Positions 26,701 to 39,260 of a stretch of 64,000 nucleotides of DNA are shown piece after piece (the stretch's first letter is position 1; each line of letters opens with the position of its first letter). A program made the translations under genes and the position numbers. Below the pieces are notes generated by a model. The model saw only the letters and a list, made by a program, of their open reading frames with translations, was not told where the DNA came from and did no database searches. The DNA is from Felis catus (taxonomy: Eukaryota): the NCBI RefSeq assembly GCF_018350175.1, contig NC_058368.1, forward strand, positions 120,654,001 through 120,718,000, read 5' to 3'.

Positions 26701-27723
26701 TTTTCACTCTTATGTGGATCCTGAGAAACTTAACAGAAGACCATGGGGGAGGGGAAGAAAAAGAAAAGTTAGAGAGTGAGGGAGCTAAACCATAAGAGAC
26801 TCTTGAAAACTGAGAATAAACTGAGGGCTGATGGGGAGTGGGATGGAGGGGAGGGTGGGTGATGGACATTGAGGAGGTACCTGTTGGGAAGAGCACTGGG
26901 TGTTGTATGGAAACCAATTTGACAATAAATTTCATATTAAAAAGTTAACAATAAAAAAATAAAATACTTATGAATAGGTTTAACCAAGGAAGTGAAAAAT
27001 CTGTACAATGAAAATTGCAAAACTTTGCTGAAAGAAATGAAAGAATACAGAAACAAACGGAAAGACATCCTGTGTTCATGAATCAAAATAACTAATACTG
27101 TTAAAATTACCAAACTACCCAAAGCTATCTACAGACTCAACACAGTCTCCACCAAAATACCAAAGGCCTTCTTCACAGAAATAGAAAAAACAGTCTAAAA
27201 TTTGTATGTAACTACAAAAGACTCCAACTAGTCAAAGATATCCTGATGTGGGTGGAAAAGCCAGAAATATCTCACATTGTCTTTAAACTATACTACAAAG
27301 CTGTAATAATATAAATCGTATGGTACTGACACAAAAATAGACACACTAACTGATGGAACAGAAGAGAGCCCAGAATTAAACCCCAGCATACATGGTCAAC
27401 TAATATTTGACAAGACATCCAAGAATACCCAACGGGAAAAGGTAGTCCCTTGAACAAATGGTGCTGGGAAAACTGGAGAATCACATAAAGAACAATGAAA
27501 TTGGACCCATATTTCACACCACTCACAAAAATTAACTCAAAATAGATCAGAGTCTTAAACATAAGACCTGATAACATAAAATTCCTAGGAGAAAAAGAAG
27601 GAAGAATGTCATTAATACTGGTCATAGCAATCTTGAGGTGGTTGGGGGCAGGGGGACATGATGCCAAAAGCACAAACAAAAGAAAAGTATCAACAAATGG
27701 GACTATATCAAAAAAAGAAAAAA

Positions 27724-27815
27724 ATATATATATATATGTGTGTGTGTGGGTATATATATATGTACACACATGTATATATACATATATATGTATATATACA
27801 CATGCGCACACACAC
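27724..27815. repeat. Compound (TA)n/(TG)n/(CA)n microsatellite within old L1
   Basis: Seen directly in the sequence. Confidence 0.9.
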
Positions 27816-28510
27816 AGAATGAAAACACAATCTATAGAACAGGAGAAAATTTATGCAAACAAAAGTCAGATCAAGGGTTAAAATATATAAAGAACTCAGT
27901 CAATCCGATACCAATAACAATAAAATCTCACTTAAAAATAGGAAGAATTAAATATACATTTCTCCAAAAAGGACCAAAATGGCCAGCAGATGCATGAAGA
28001 GATGTTTGACATCACAATCAGGAAAATGCAAATGAAAACCAAAATCAGATATCACCCCACACCTATTAAAATGGTTACTGTCCAGAAGACAACCAATGCT
28101 GATGAGGACGTGGTGAAAAGAGTACCCTTATACACTGTTAATAGGAATTTAAATTGGTCCAACCACTATGAAAAATAATGTGCAAGTTCCTCAAAACATT
28201 AAAAATAGATCTACCATATGATCTGGCAATCCCACTTTTGCGTATTTACCCAAAGAAATAACAACAGCATTTCAAAGAGATGTACACAGTCCTGTGTTTA
28301 TTGCAGCATTATTTGTAACAGTCAAAATGTGAAACCCAAATGCCCATCAAGAGATGATTAGATAAAAATATGTGGTACATATACAAAATTTTTAAAACAT
28401 GAAGTAATTCTCTAAAACAGCCCCCAATTTTTAGTAGAAAGGGGCATCAGTGAATGTTGTGAGCTAATAGCACCCTAGGCTTTTCTTCTAATGGACATTT
28501 CAAAGTATCT

Positions 28511-28616
28511 ATTTTTTAAAATTTTTTTCATGTTATTTTTGAGATAGAGAGAGAGCACCAGCGGGAAAGGGGAGCTGAAGTTGGATGCTTAAGTGACTGA
28601 GCCACTCAGGTGTCCC
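28511..28616 (-). mobile_element. Internally deleted Can-SINE
   Basis: Tail and head present, ~100 nt of the middle absent; TSD tcaaagt/catct at 28500-28510 and 28617-28627. Confidence 0.85.
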
Positions 28617-29999
28617 TCAAAGCATCTCTTTTTCAATTGACAGCTTAATATCCTGTCCATAAGTAATCATGATACCCTAGAGAGCACTGTAGAGTTTACC
28701 AAGCATTTTCAGCTGTATTATGTCATTTCATAGTGAAGAAAACATTAGAAATAGGCAGGGACCATGAGATCTTTGTCATCGCTAAGGAAAGGGAAATGCC
28801 AAGATGTCTTTGCATAGGTTGCTACTTAAGCAACTTTAATTCAGACTAATCAATATGCCACCATGGCATACCTGGGGGCAGCCTGCCATGAACCCTATCA
28901 CCATGAATTCTATCACAGTGCTCAGGGATTCTCTGGTATTTGACGAAAAAGACTGGAGTTTCCCTAATAATGTCAACTGAAGCAAGTGGTACCTACCTGT
29001 CCGATTCCCATATCTTTTCTCCAATGATACAGCATCTTCTCAAGTTGGAAACTAACCCCACCAGTGATTAAAGGTGTTTATTCATGAAACTACTTTGGTT
29101 TCTCAATGCTGAGATCTACTCCAGGTGATAAGCATGCCACCAGAGTCCAGGTGTCAGAGTATAAAGCATCTCAGCTTTTACCAGAGCATTATTTTATGTT
29201 CATTACCCCTGCAAATGTGTGTGAAATATATACCACTGTGCTTTTGTCAATACCATTTTCATCACCGCCAAAGCCAATTTAATAAGCTCAGTTCATCAGC
29301 CCTATCCCTTTGAGTACTTCCTTTCCCAAAGGGAAATATAATCCATATTTAACCATTCACATATTTAAAAGATTCTCTTATGTGCAGTCTCAGTGCATTA
29401 CAAATAAAATACGTTTTATTCTTCTGTTCAATTGACTCTGGTTACACGCTGGATTGGATTGAAGATGCAGTGTCTTATCTTATTTTTAGTCAGGATATAG
29501 TTTTCCTGAGTGCTCCCGAGGCTACCTGCACCTGGATTTCCTGCCTGCACTTTCCACAAATCAAAACCTGTCCAGGCTCAACAGCTCTGTCTACAGGGAC
29601 AAGTAGAGCAAAGGGTTCAACAGTGACCTAGGAGGTAGATTAGCATAAAAAGGATATTTCATACCTGGGTAATTCATACAAAGGATACACCTTTCCCAAC
29701 GATCATCACAGAGACATTTCTCCTGATTTTGCCTATATTGCTGTGAGTAATGTTGTAAGAGCAATGCTGGGAAAATTTTATCTTGCTTTTCTTGTCATTT
29801 GTCAATAGAAAATTAGGACATATTATAGTTCAGAATAACAATACCATAATCTGGAAAGACTGAAAACCGAGGGGGAAAATGCTGACTTTTTCATTGTTTT
29901 CCTCTCTAGTTTAGAGGGTGTATAATCCAATCAAACATATCACTTTACTCAGGTTAACTCAGTTATGGTGGTCAGGGTCATTGTTATTAAAGTTACTAA

Positions 30000-30220
30000 C
30001 TACCATCTGTTGAGCATTGCCTACATGCCAAGCACTGTGATAAACACTTTCATGCATGATCTCCACTAATGCTCACTACACCCCCAAAATCATGATTATT
30101 AGTCTCATTTTAGAGATAAAACAATTGAGGGTTAGAGAAATTTTAAAAAATGATCAACAATTTAGCTTAACAATTCAAATAAAAAGCAGACCCTTCAGGT
30201 TTCAAGCCTCCAGTTCCACA
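30000..30220 (-). mobile_element. MIR fragment
   Basis: ttgagcattgcctacatgccaagcactgtgataaacactttcatgcatgatctc...ctcattttagagataaaacaattgaggg. Confidence 0.7.
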
Positions 30221-31720
30221 ACATTACATCCTTTTAATAAGTCAATATAGCAGAGTGTTAATATTTGGCATTGACTGGAAAGAGACCTGTTAGTGATCAG
30301 AAATTTTAGGAAGACCGTTTGAACTCTCCTGTATATACAGACATTCCTTTGAAAGTAACTAAGGGGAAAGAGATGTGACATATTGACAAGAATCTGGACA
30401 AAGGCAACAAGAACTCCATTTACAGAGAAGCTAATTTAAATAGTACTTTTCTTTGCAGTTTCTTCCTGGGTAGCTGAGTATGCTACAGAAAGCAAATGAA
30501 ACTGACTATTCCACCTGGTAAAAGACACTGGGTATGTGTCCCAATTAATTGAGTACACAGCTTATACTATATAAATACTGATCCCAGGTAATTTTTATGG
30601 CCTGCTGACAGTATCAGTTTGAGAGCAACATGACATTTTGCTACTCTACTGACAAATCACCCTTAAAAAAGCTTTAGCTTCTCCTTCACTTGCCCCAAGG
30701 ACCCTATTTTGTTACATCAGTCATAAGAAGGAAGGAGTGCCAGGAGTGTGGATACTGATTTCAACTCATCAATTACCCCTGAGGTAAAGCTAAATTTTTT
30801 GAAGCTATAATTTGCCAAGTTTTTGTCTTAAGGGAGAAATACAAATTTACCTCTGTGCTGAGAGGAGCTCTCCATGGTATAAAGCAAGGTGTGCTGCCAT
30901 CCCTTTATCATGCAAATAAATACACAGAAATGTAATGTAGAATGTAATGTAATAAGGGAGGCAGTCCAATTCAATGTGGAGAGTCCATCATGATGTGGCT
31001 TTGGACTTCATCGCCCTGAACAGGTGATCTATGTATACTGAGTTTGAGATTTTGATTGATTTTTGTGTACAAAACATTTCATAGTTTGACTTCTACTGAA
31101 GACATTTATTTTATTTGCATGTGCTTTCCCACTCTGATATATACCAATAACTCCGGGTCCTTCTTTGTGAATTGATGGAATGATTTCAAAGTGACTAAAC
31201 ATGTCCAAAGGATGAAAAAAAACTATCTTAGAATAATGCTAACCATACTAAGTTTCCTTGCCCTTCTGCAGGTCTTGTGCAAGAACTGAGCACAAGGATT
31301 ATATTACATTTCCCCAAAATATCCCTCTTGTAACTAGACACTTTCCTTGAACATGAGAACTTCTTCAGGACTTGAAGGAGTAAGGCTTCAGCTCTCCACC
31401 CTGAAAACCCAGTTCCCAAGTCACTTGATAGCTTCTTTTTCATCTGATGTATTACTTCCTCTCAGACATAATGCTTTTACGGCTAAGCCAAGATGAGAAA
31501 TCCACCCAACACAATCTAGAGACCTAAAAATGCAGTCACTTAACAACCACCTACACACTTTTGTGTTAGGGTATATCACCTCCAAATCCTCACCTCCTTG
31601 TCTAGTGACACAAGAAAAAGGATAGAAAGTAAATTTCAAAACTCAGGCCAATACACAATTATTTCATTAGATATTTACTAGAAACCAGCACTGTGGTTGG
31701 CATTAAGAATATAACACAAA

Positions 31721-31810
31721 GGGTAGGTGATGGGCATTGAAGAGGACATCTTTTGGGATGAGCAGTGGGTGTTGTATGGAAACCAATTTGACAATAAATT
31801 TCATATATTA

Positions 31811-31814
<4 letters not shown>
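31721..31814 (+). mobile_element. Extremely 5'-truncated young L1 (last ~90 nt) followed by (TA)n at 31816-31842
   Basis: Near-identical to 13782-13870 (gggtaggtgatgggcattgaagagg...ggaaaccaatttgaca). Confidence 0.92.
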
Positions 31815-31848
<34 letters not shown>

Positions 31849-32224
31849 CAAACATAAAACTTAGAAAACTTAGGAAGTCTTAAACTTTATAAGTTTATAT
31901 ATTTGTATTTATTGAGAAAATATTTAGTCCAATACCATATAAAACTTATATTCTACAAGCATGAAAACAAACCAAATAAAGCTTGTTTGTATATGCATAA
32001 TTAACAAATAGCGGTAAGTGCCAAGAAACAATGTAAACAGAGTGCAGTCTGCCAATTAAAGCAGGGTTTCTCCTCTAGAGTGGTTCTCAGAGACGATGTG
32101 AAAAGAAGAAAAAGCAAGCACATAAATACCAGAGGGGAAATGAATACCAGCAGAAGAAATGCTAAGGCTTTAAAGCTGGAAGGGCATGCTTGAGGACCTC
32201 AAAGTTAAGAGGAAGTGAAGCACA

Positions 32225-32450
32225 GGGGCACCTGGGTGACTCAGTCAGTTAACCATCCTACTTCGGCTCAGGTCATGATCTCACGGTTCGTGAGTTTGAG
32301 CCTCCAGTCAGGCTCTATGCTGACAGCTCAGAGCCTGGAGCCTGCTTCTGATTCTGTGTCTCCCTCTCTCTCTCTGCCCCTCCCCCACTTGCACTCTGCT
32401 TCTCTCTCTTTCAAAAATAAATATACATTAGAAAAAAGATTTAAAGAATA
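32225..32450 (+). mobile_element. Can-SINE
   Basis: ggggcacctgggtgactcagtcagttaacc...(CT)n, A-rich tail. Confidence 0.95.
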
Positions 32451-33589
32451 ATAAAGAGTGACTGGAGCACAAAGAATGAGGGGAAAATGATTTCAAGTAC
32501 AAGGGCAAGTTGAGCAAGGGCCAAAGCATTAGGACCCTAGAAGCCACAGTGATACAGATTTCGTTCCAAGTCCAATGGGAAGCCATGAAAGAATATACCT
32601 TTAAGCAGGCAAGTGTATGACCAGACTCACGTTGCTAAACCATTGGTCTGGTTGCCACATGGAGAATATATTTAATAAAGGATCAGAAGTAGAAGTTCTC
32701 ATCAATGTCTCAGTCAGAGCTAAATATGCATCGTTGAGAGAATGACATTAGTTCCCTCTCCTAGTCTCCATGAATTCCAACTCTCCTTGGAGCCAACACT
32801 ATAGAGCAGGTACAAAACCCTGAATGACTCTACTTTTCAACAGAGTGGAACAGACTACTACCTTCTAATGTTTTTCTATCTCTCTTTTAACCACTCACTT
32901 AAATGACCAACTAACATAAAGAGACAGAATAAGACTGAAGCCCAAAACCAGGAATGAATTTCATGCTAATTTAACATTTATTAAATACCTACTACTAAGT
33001 GCCAGGAACTGTGCTAGGTGCTAAAGGCTCAAATGCCTCTTTTCACAAAGAGCAAAGTAACAGGGAAACCAGACCTAGTAAAACAAACAACTGCAACTCA
33101 AAGAGAGAAGTGGTGTTGGCTGGAGGTACTTACCGGGTTCTGGGGAATCACTGTGGACTCTCTGACAGCACTGATGGGAAGCAAGGACACTTGCTCTCGC
33201 CTTTCCAAAAACCCACCCAACGTGGTGAGGAAAAAGACATGTCCAAAGATGTTCAGGCATTCTTCCTCCCCACCTGTGAAACAGATGGAACTCTTGAAAA
33301 TAAAAATTGCACTTTCAACCCTCAAAAGCAGGCTCCAAGTTGTAAACTGCATAAACTGAGATATATTCAACTTTGTTAATGGTGAGTTACAGGAGTTCCT
33401 TAGATCTGGAACAAAACTGACTGGGGAATGTCAGGGTTCCTGCATACCTAATTCAGATTCTCCAAAAATGAAGTAGCTCTTACCAATAATTTTAGTACTA
33501 CAATAAATTTGGCACTGTATATATTAAAAGTATAGCACAAGACCAAGAGAGTATTTTTATAATAATTGTTATTGAAAGCTTATTGAATC

Positions 33590-33830
33590 CTTGTATACTT
33601 AGCACGTACAAGGTACTACTCTAAGTACTTCAAATTATCTAAGTGCTTCATAATATTATTATATTATTCAATCCTCCATCAGCTCTGTGTGTCAGTACTC
33701 ATGTTAAGTCATTTTAGAGATGAGGAAACTGAGGCCTCGAGAGGCTGAATAACGTCCTGAAGTTACAACTAATAATAAGAAGAGCTCAGATCAGAAGTAA
33801 AGGAGTCTGGTTTCAGGCTATAGACTATAT
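33590..33830 (-). mobile_element. MIR fragment
   Basis: cattttagagatgaggaaactgaggcctcgagaggctgaataacgtcctgaagttacaac, the MIR core. Confidence 0.75.
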
Positions 33831-34532
33831 AGAACTTATCAAGAAAACCAAGTATCTGTGGGTTCTGATTTCTTTGGTAAAATGAAACAAGGTAAGCTCT
33901 TTATCTCATATATAAGCATTTGTGAAAAGTCACAGGGTTCAATTCTCCTGACAATGATAGGTACTAAACCCAAAAAAATTTCCATTATAAATATATATAG
34001 TCATGATGCTTTTCTTAAGCAATGATTTATTTGATTTTAATTTTTTTAAAAATATACAAAAATACATTAAAATAAGGAAGTCTTATAAAATGAAAATTCT
34101 ATTTTCTAAATGAAAGTAAGGTTTTCTTGCTATAGCTGTCTTGATTGACCAAAAGCCCAAATCATATTATTTCTCAGGTATAATCTCATTGAAAGGAGGA
34201 AAATTTTCCCTACAAAGTAAATGCTCTGGAGAGTGTTTCTTTCCAGCTGAGTGCTCAGAGGTGTCCTTGTCCTACTGCAAATGACAAAATAACAGAAAAG
34301 AAGAGGCATAGAAGAATCCTGAGACAAAGATCCAAGTAATTGGAGAGGTGGAGAAAACTGGTCAGCTGAGAGAGGTTATATTTTAGTAAAGACTAAGAGA
34401 AGCTTAGTTGTGTTTGGTGCCTTAGATTTTAAGGAATGTTTTCACATTCACTCTTTATTTCACAAGTGACTTAAAATATCCCTGAAAAAAAAAAACAAAA
34501 AACAAAAACAAAGATAGAATTAGACCATTTTT

Positions 34533-34752
34533 TTTTTTAATTTTTTTTTCAACGTTTATTTATTTTTGGGACAGAGAGAGACAGAGCATGAACGGGGGAG
34601 GGGAAGAGAGAGAGGGAGACACAGAATCGGAAACAGGCTCCAGGCTCCGAGCCATCAGCCCAGAGCCTGACGTGGGGCTCGAACTCACGGACCGCGAGAT
34701 CGTGACCTGGCTGAAGTCGGACGCTTAACCGACTGCGCCACCCAGGCGCCCC
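34533..34752 (-). mobile_element. Young felid Can-SINE
   Basis: Nearly intact CpGs; TSD tagaccattttt at 34521-34532 and 34753-34764. Confidence 0.97.
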
Positions 34753-35149
34753 TAGACCATTTTTCTAATAAGAAACTTAAAATTGGAATAAATTAAGTAG
34801 CTTGCCCAAGATCATACCAGTGTGAAACGAAGCCAGTACTCAGCTTTGGCTTTCCAACCTCTTTCTCTCTTATTTACCTTTCCTGTCTCCTTAATGATAA
34901 ACTTTGACTAACTACATTAAATAGATTTTTCCAGTGTTCTTTTTTTACTCCCTTTTTTCAAGGGGGGGGGGGAATTATCAAAACTAAAATTGGGCAAACT
35001 TTGGTTGCAGTTAGAGAATTACCACTAGCAATGGCCTATTTGGAATCTGTTTACAATTAGAATTGTCAGCTTCCCCTTCTGCCACAACAGAGTAACTAGA
35101 ACCATACTAGTCCTTTCAAACCATGTGAGAAATCTCTCTACAGACATTG

Positions 35150-37140
35150 GAAAGCAGCACATGTTCCCAAAACTCATTGTTGTTAAGATTCATTCCCAAA
35201 CTGATTAACACAAACCCAGTCAAAATCCCAGTAGTTTCTTTCTGTGATTCCAAAATGCCTATGACAATGCAAAGAACCTAGAATATCCAGGATATTTTTG
35301 AAGAAAAGCAGTACAATATTGGAGGATGTTATCACCTTATTTCAAGACTTACTATAGAGCTATAGTAATAAAACAATGTGGTATTAAAAATAGACATGCA
35401 CATCAATAGAATAGACTAAGGAGTCCAGAAACAGACCCATACATATAAAGTCAATTGATTTTTGACAATCACATCAAAATAAATCAATGAGGAAAGGAAT
35501 GCCTTTTTAACAAGTAGTGATTGAGCAAGTGTATACCCATATGAGAAAAATATTAACCTCAACCTCCTATACAAGTAACAAAAATTGATCACAAAACTAA
35601 ACATAAAAGCTGTAATATTTAACTTCTAACTGAAGATAGAAGAAAACCTTCACAGCCTCATGTGAGGCAAGGATTTCTTAGAGAAGACCAAAAAAAAAAA
35701 AAAAAAAAATAGCCGATGCATTGGAGTTTTTCAAAATTAAAACAGCTGTTTTCCAAAAGACACGAATAAGAAAGTGAAAATGTAGGCCAAGAACTGAGAG
35801 AAAACATTTGCAAAACATACCCTGACAAATAATTTGTATTCAAATATATGGAGAACTCTTACAACTCTAGAATAAGAAAAGAGTCCAATAAAAATTGTCC
35901 AGGAATTGAACACGTACTTTCCCAAAAAAAAAGTTTTTGAATGGCCAAAGGCAGTTGAGAAGATATCACCCATCTTTAGTTATCAGGAAAATACAAATAA
36001 AAGTGACATCGAAATATCAATATATGCTCACTAAAACAGCTAAAATTAAAAAGAGTGACAATACCAAGTACTGGTGAGGGTGAGGACTCCCTCTATATTC
36101 TATATTGCCTGTGGGGATGGAAAATGGTACAACCACTTTGGAAAGCAATTGGCAGCATCATTGCATTTGATCCAGCAACTACACTCCTAGACATTTACCC
36201 AAGATAAATGAAAACACAAGAGCTTTTCCATAAATGTTCGCAGCAATTTTATACGGGACAGTCAAAAACAGGAACGAGGCCAAGGGGGCATCAATATTAG
36301 AAGGGATAAGTAATTGTGATATATTCTTACTATAGAATAGTAAGCAAAAAAAAAAAAAAAGTATGAATGAAATGCTAAAAAGTAAATGAGTCAGCAAAGG
36401 TTCTCCAAGATGTAGATAATGTGGAACTGAACTTGAGGAGAGACTTGCTGGGGAAAACACCTTCAGAGAAAAACGGGAGGGATAAGGGGAGGAAGCCAGA
36501 CACCAAATAGCAATGGAGACCTGGCTCCTGCGAAAGAAAGAAAAAAGGAGAAAAGATTGGGTAAGAAGCATTTCACACAGCTGCAGAGTGCTAAGATTTT
36601 GGCCAGACCAGCAAAGAGTGCTAGAGCCTAACTTGCTAGGTGGAAATTGACGCTTGTTACCAGATAAGTCCTGCCCTAGCATCCTTGCCATGTGCCGTTA
36701 CTGGCTGGGAGCAGCCTGAGAGAAGTGGGGCCTCAGCCATGAACACACTTACGAACTTGAGGCACAGCGACTGAAGCTCTTGGTCAGTTACATCCACTGC
36801 AGCAAGACAGCTGAGTGGCACATTTTCATGGCCGCCATAATGCAACATGGATGCAAAAACATGAATGAATCCGGAAGATATACACTAAGTGAAAACAAGC
36901 CAGATGCGAAGACTACATAGCGTATGATTCTATTTTATATGAAGTTCTAAACCAGGCAAAACTAGTATTCATTAATATTTAGTATTATTCACTAACAATA
37001 ATCACTGATATTTCATTGATAGAAATCCCATCAGTGATTAATCAGGTTGGTGGTGATAAGGATAGAGACATTTGTCAAAACTCACTAAGCTGTCAGGCTC
37101 AAAATATATTTTAATGTATGTGTACTTCATTAAAATTCAT
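35150..37140 (+). mobile_element. Old L1 (L1MD/ME-like) ORF2 3' part plus 3'UTR, split by an LTR
   Basis: catcaatagaatagactaaggagtccagaaacagaccc, ggtacaaccactttggaaagc, ttttatatgaagttctaaaccaggcaaaact; heavily diverged. Confidence 0.75.
36388..36840 (-). mobile_element. ERVL solo LTR (LTR16-like)
   Basis: ctgccctagcatccttgccatgtgc...ctggctgggagcagcc...ggcctcagccatgaacac...catggccgccata; interrupts the colinear L1. Confidence 0.6.
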
Positions 37141-37508
37141 TTACAATGTAATTTAGAATTCCAAAACAGAAAAAAAAATGTTTAACAATATTCAATAAAA
37201 ACATATGTATAATATGCTTCCATTTATTCAAAATTTTATTAGTCTGAAGTAAAACATTAAAATATGGTCACAAAAAAATTTAGAAGCGTTGTCGTCACCG
37301 TTTTTGATCCCTGTTGACATTCTTTCATGTTAGCTTCACTTATTAGACACCAACCACTCTTGAGCAAGAACTTTGCTACTCTAATTTCAGACACAGTTAC
37401 TTCCTTACTTGCTTTTTGGCTGCAATGTTTATGCCTCTGAATCAAAGTTTGTACACCTGGACCACCTGTTAAACACATTCTTGTAACAAATCATAGGAAC
37501 CTCCTGTG

Positions 37509-37734
37509 TTTTTTTAATTTAAAAAAAAATTTTTAAATGTTTATTTTTGAAGGAGAGAGAGACAGAGTGTGAGTGGGGGAGGATCAGAGCGAGAGGGAGA
37601 CACAGAATCCCAAGGAGGCTCCAGGCTCCAAGCTGTCAGCACAGAGCCCAACGCCGGGCTGGAACCCACACACCACAAGATCATGACCTGAGCTGAAGTC
37701 GGACGCTCAACCGACTAAGCCACCCAGGTGCCCC
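37509..37734 (-). mobile_element. Can-SINE
   Basis: Ends ...gccacccaggtgcccc; degenerate TSD ataggaacctcctgt / atgggacctcctgt. Confidence 0.95.
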
Positions 37735-38849
37735 ATGGGACCTCCTGTTTTTTATGACCTGGTGACATGAAACAGCAATCTTTTTTAAAACACACACATA
37801 CTCACCACATAACACATCAGTTTTTATACTCCCTGTGACCATAAATTTTTTGCCAACAAACTGATCTTTCTTGCTAGCATAACATTTGATGTGCTTGAAA
37901 TAAATTTGTCTGCTAAACTTTGATGTTTAATACATCATCACCTTTCATGGCTACAAATAATTTTCCTTTTTGAAATCTAGGCCAGAAGCAATGAATATTA
38001 GGTGTAACTTTTTAATTGCTTAGTATATGCCAACCACGATACTAAGCATATTGTATCTGATTTTCAATCACAGTGAACCTTGTTTTCAAAATAGTAGTTA
38101 ACACTTGCCCAACATCAAACAGCTATTGATTTGTGGTCATAAGATATATGAATCCACATTTATTTGGCTCAAACGCTTATGTTCATAACCACTATGCCCC
38201 TGTGTTGATAGTTTTACAACATCATATATAAATCAAGGTGGTGATGTGAATAATCAGTTAAATCAGACTTTGTAATTGGGATTGAAGGAAAATTAGACAC
38301 TAGTTTTATCTATAGTTACCTGCATATTTTAAGTGAACGTCAAAATTGAGCCATTTTTCATAAGTTAAGCCAAAGTTTTAAATATAGGTCATGTATTTAA
38401 ACATATTTCCTTATCAACTCTCTTAAGTATGGCTAGAAGAGAGGAGGAATTTTTAAGTGAGTTACAAAGTAACAGTGACTCTTATGTAACCCATTTCAAA
38501 AAGTGTCACAGGATCCATGGGCTCTTTGTCATTATTCTCACAAAAAATAACCCAGAGAGGAAGCAGTGCTTTCTAACAATATGTTAAGGTTATTTGCAAA
38601 CAACTGCACTGTAAACTTAAAGATCCTGAGATTCAGATGATAATTTTCAAAGCAGTTACCACCATTTAATCTTCTAAAACAAAAAGAGCTCTTGTGGAAG
38701 TCTGGGTCCCATCATTCTACTTGAGCATCTTACAGAAGAACAATCAGCAGCATAAGTAAAGAAGTTGGGGTTTTTTCCCAGGAAAACCCATCCCTCTGCA
38801 ATTGACATCACATGCTTTTCAGACCATATGCATTTTTTTCTGCATGAGT

Positions 38850-39260
38850 TTTTTTGGGAGGCCAGGGGCCAGCCACCCCAAACACACCAAAACGGCTTAT
38901 TGATTATTCTGAAGTGAAGTTACTTAAGAGACATCCTTATCATCAGAGATAGGTAATTTGAAACTGAATAGACTGAATCAACAAACCTTGTTACTTTTAA
39001 TTTACTACCCCAGCCTAAATCTGTTTAGAATTCCTTATTAAGTGAAATTCCCAATCCTAAGTATTCTTTGTGCTATGAATTCCTCACCTATTTATTGTTT
39101 CTTTGTCTTTGGTCATTTCTTAGGGTCTCGTTTCATTACTGGGTCTCTGTGCACCTGTAATTAAACTTTGGTTTCATTCTCCTATTAATCTGTCTCAAGT
39201 CACTTCAATTCTTAGACCAGGTGGAAGAACCTGAAAGAAAAAATTTTGTTCCCCAACCAT
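38850..39260 (+). mobile_element. ERV1 solo LTR (MER34/39-like)
   Basis: gccaccccaaa...ttgattattctgaagtgaag at the start; attaaactttgg...tctcctattaatctgtct...ttagaccag...agaacct at the end; similar to the LTR at 50148. Confidence 0.6.

Larger units (their letters stand above)
22418..26724 (+). pseudogene. L1 ORF2p, disrupted and interrupted by two SINEs
   Basis: MKPTDITMTLNPYLSIITLNV..., [17 protein letters not shown] (~24998-25013), HCWWECK. Confidence 0.93.
20807..26957 (+). mobile_element. Young felid LINE-1, missing ~250 nt of 5'UTR, nested in ORF2 of the older L1
   Basis: Start aligns to ~8243 of the 7992 copy; ORF1, ORF2 and 3'UTR present; TSD aataaaatact at 20796-20806 and 26958-26968; host ORF2 resumes after the second TSD. 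Confidence 0.97.
15691..28390 (+). mobile_element. Older LINE-1, near full-length but 3'-truncated; host of nested insertions
   Basis: Putative 5'UTR ~15691-17100, degenerate ORF1 ~17100-18050, ORF2 ~18740-20806 (IITLNMRGFNSPIKRH, CLQETH, PGLNGFIGEFY) resuming in register at 26969-28390. The 5' start is inferred. Confidence 0.8.

Noticed and set aside
7992..26957. Tandem segmental duplication explaining the two similar L1s
   Set aside because: Flanks and TSDs are unrelated, and the ORF1 and UTRs are far more diverged than mid-ORF2.
16428..28390. Circularly permuted L1 (3' end placed ahead of ORF1)
   Set aside because: The 16428-17019 piece has its own TSD, so it is an independent insertion.
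36179..36691. 170-aa minus-strand ORF
   Set aside because: It spans an LTR/L1 junction and a poly(A) run, with no recognisable domain.
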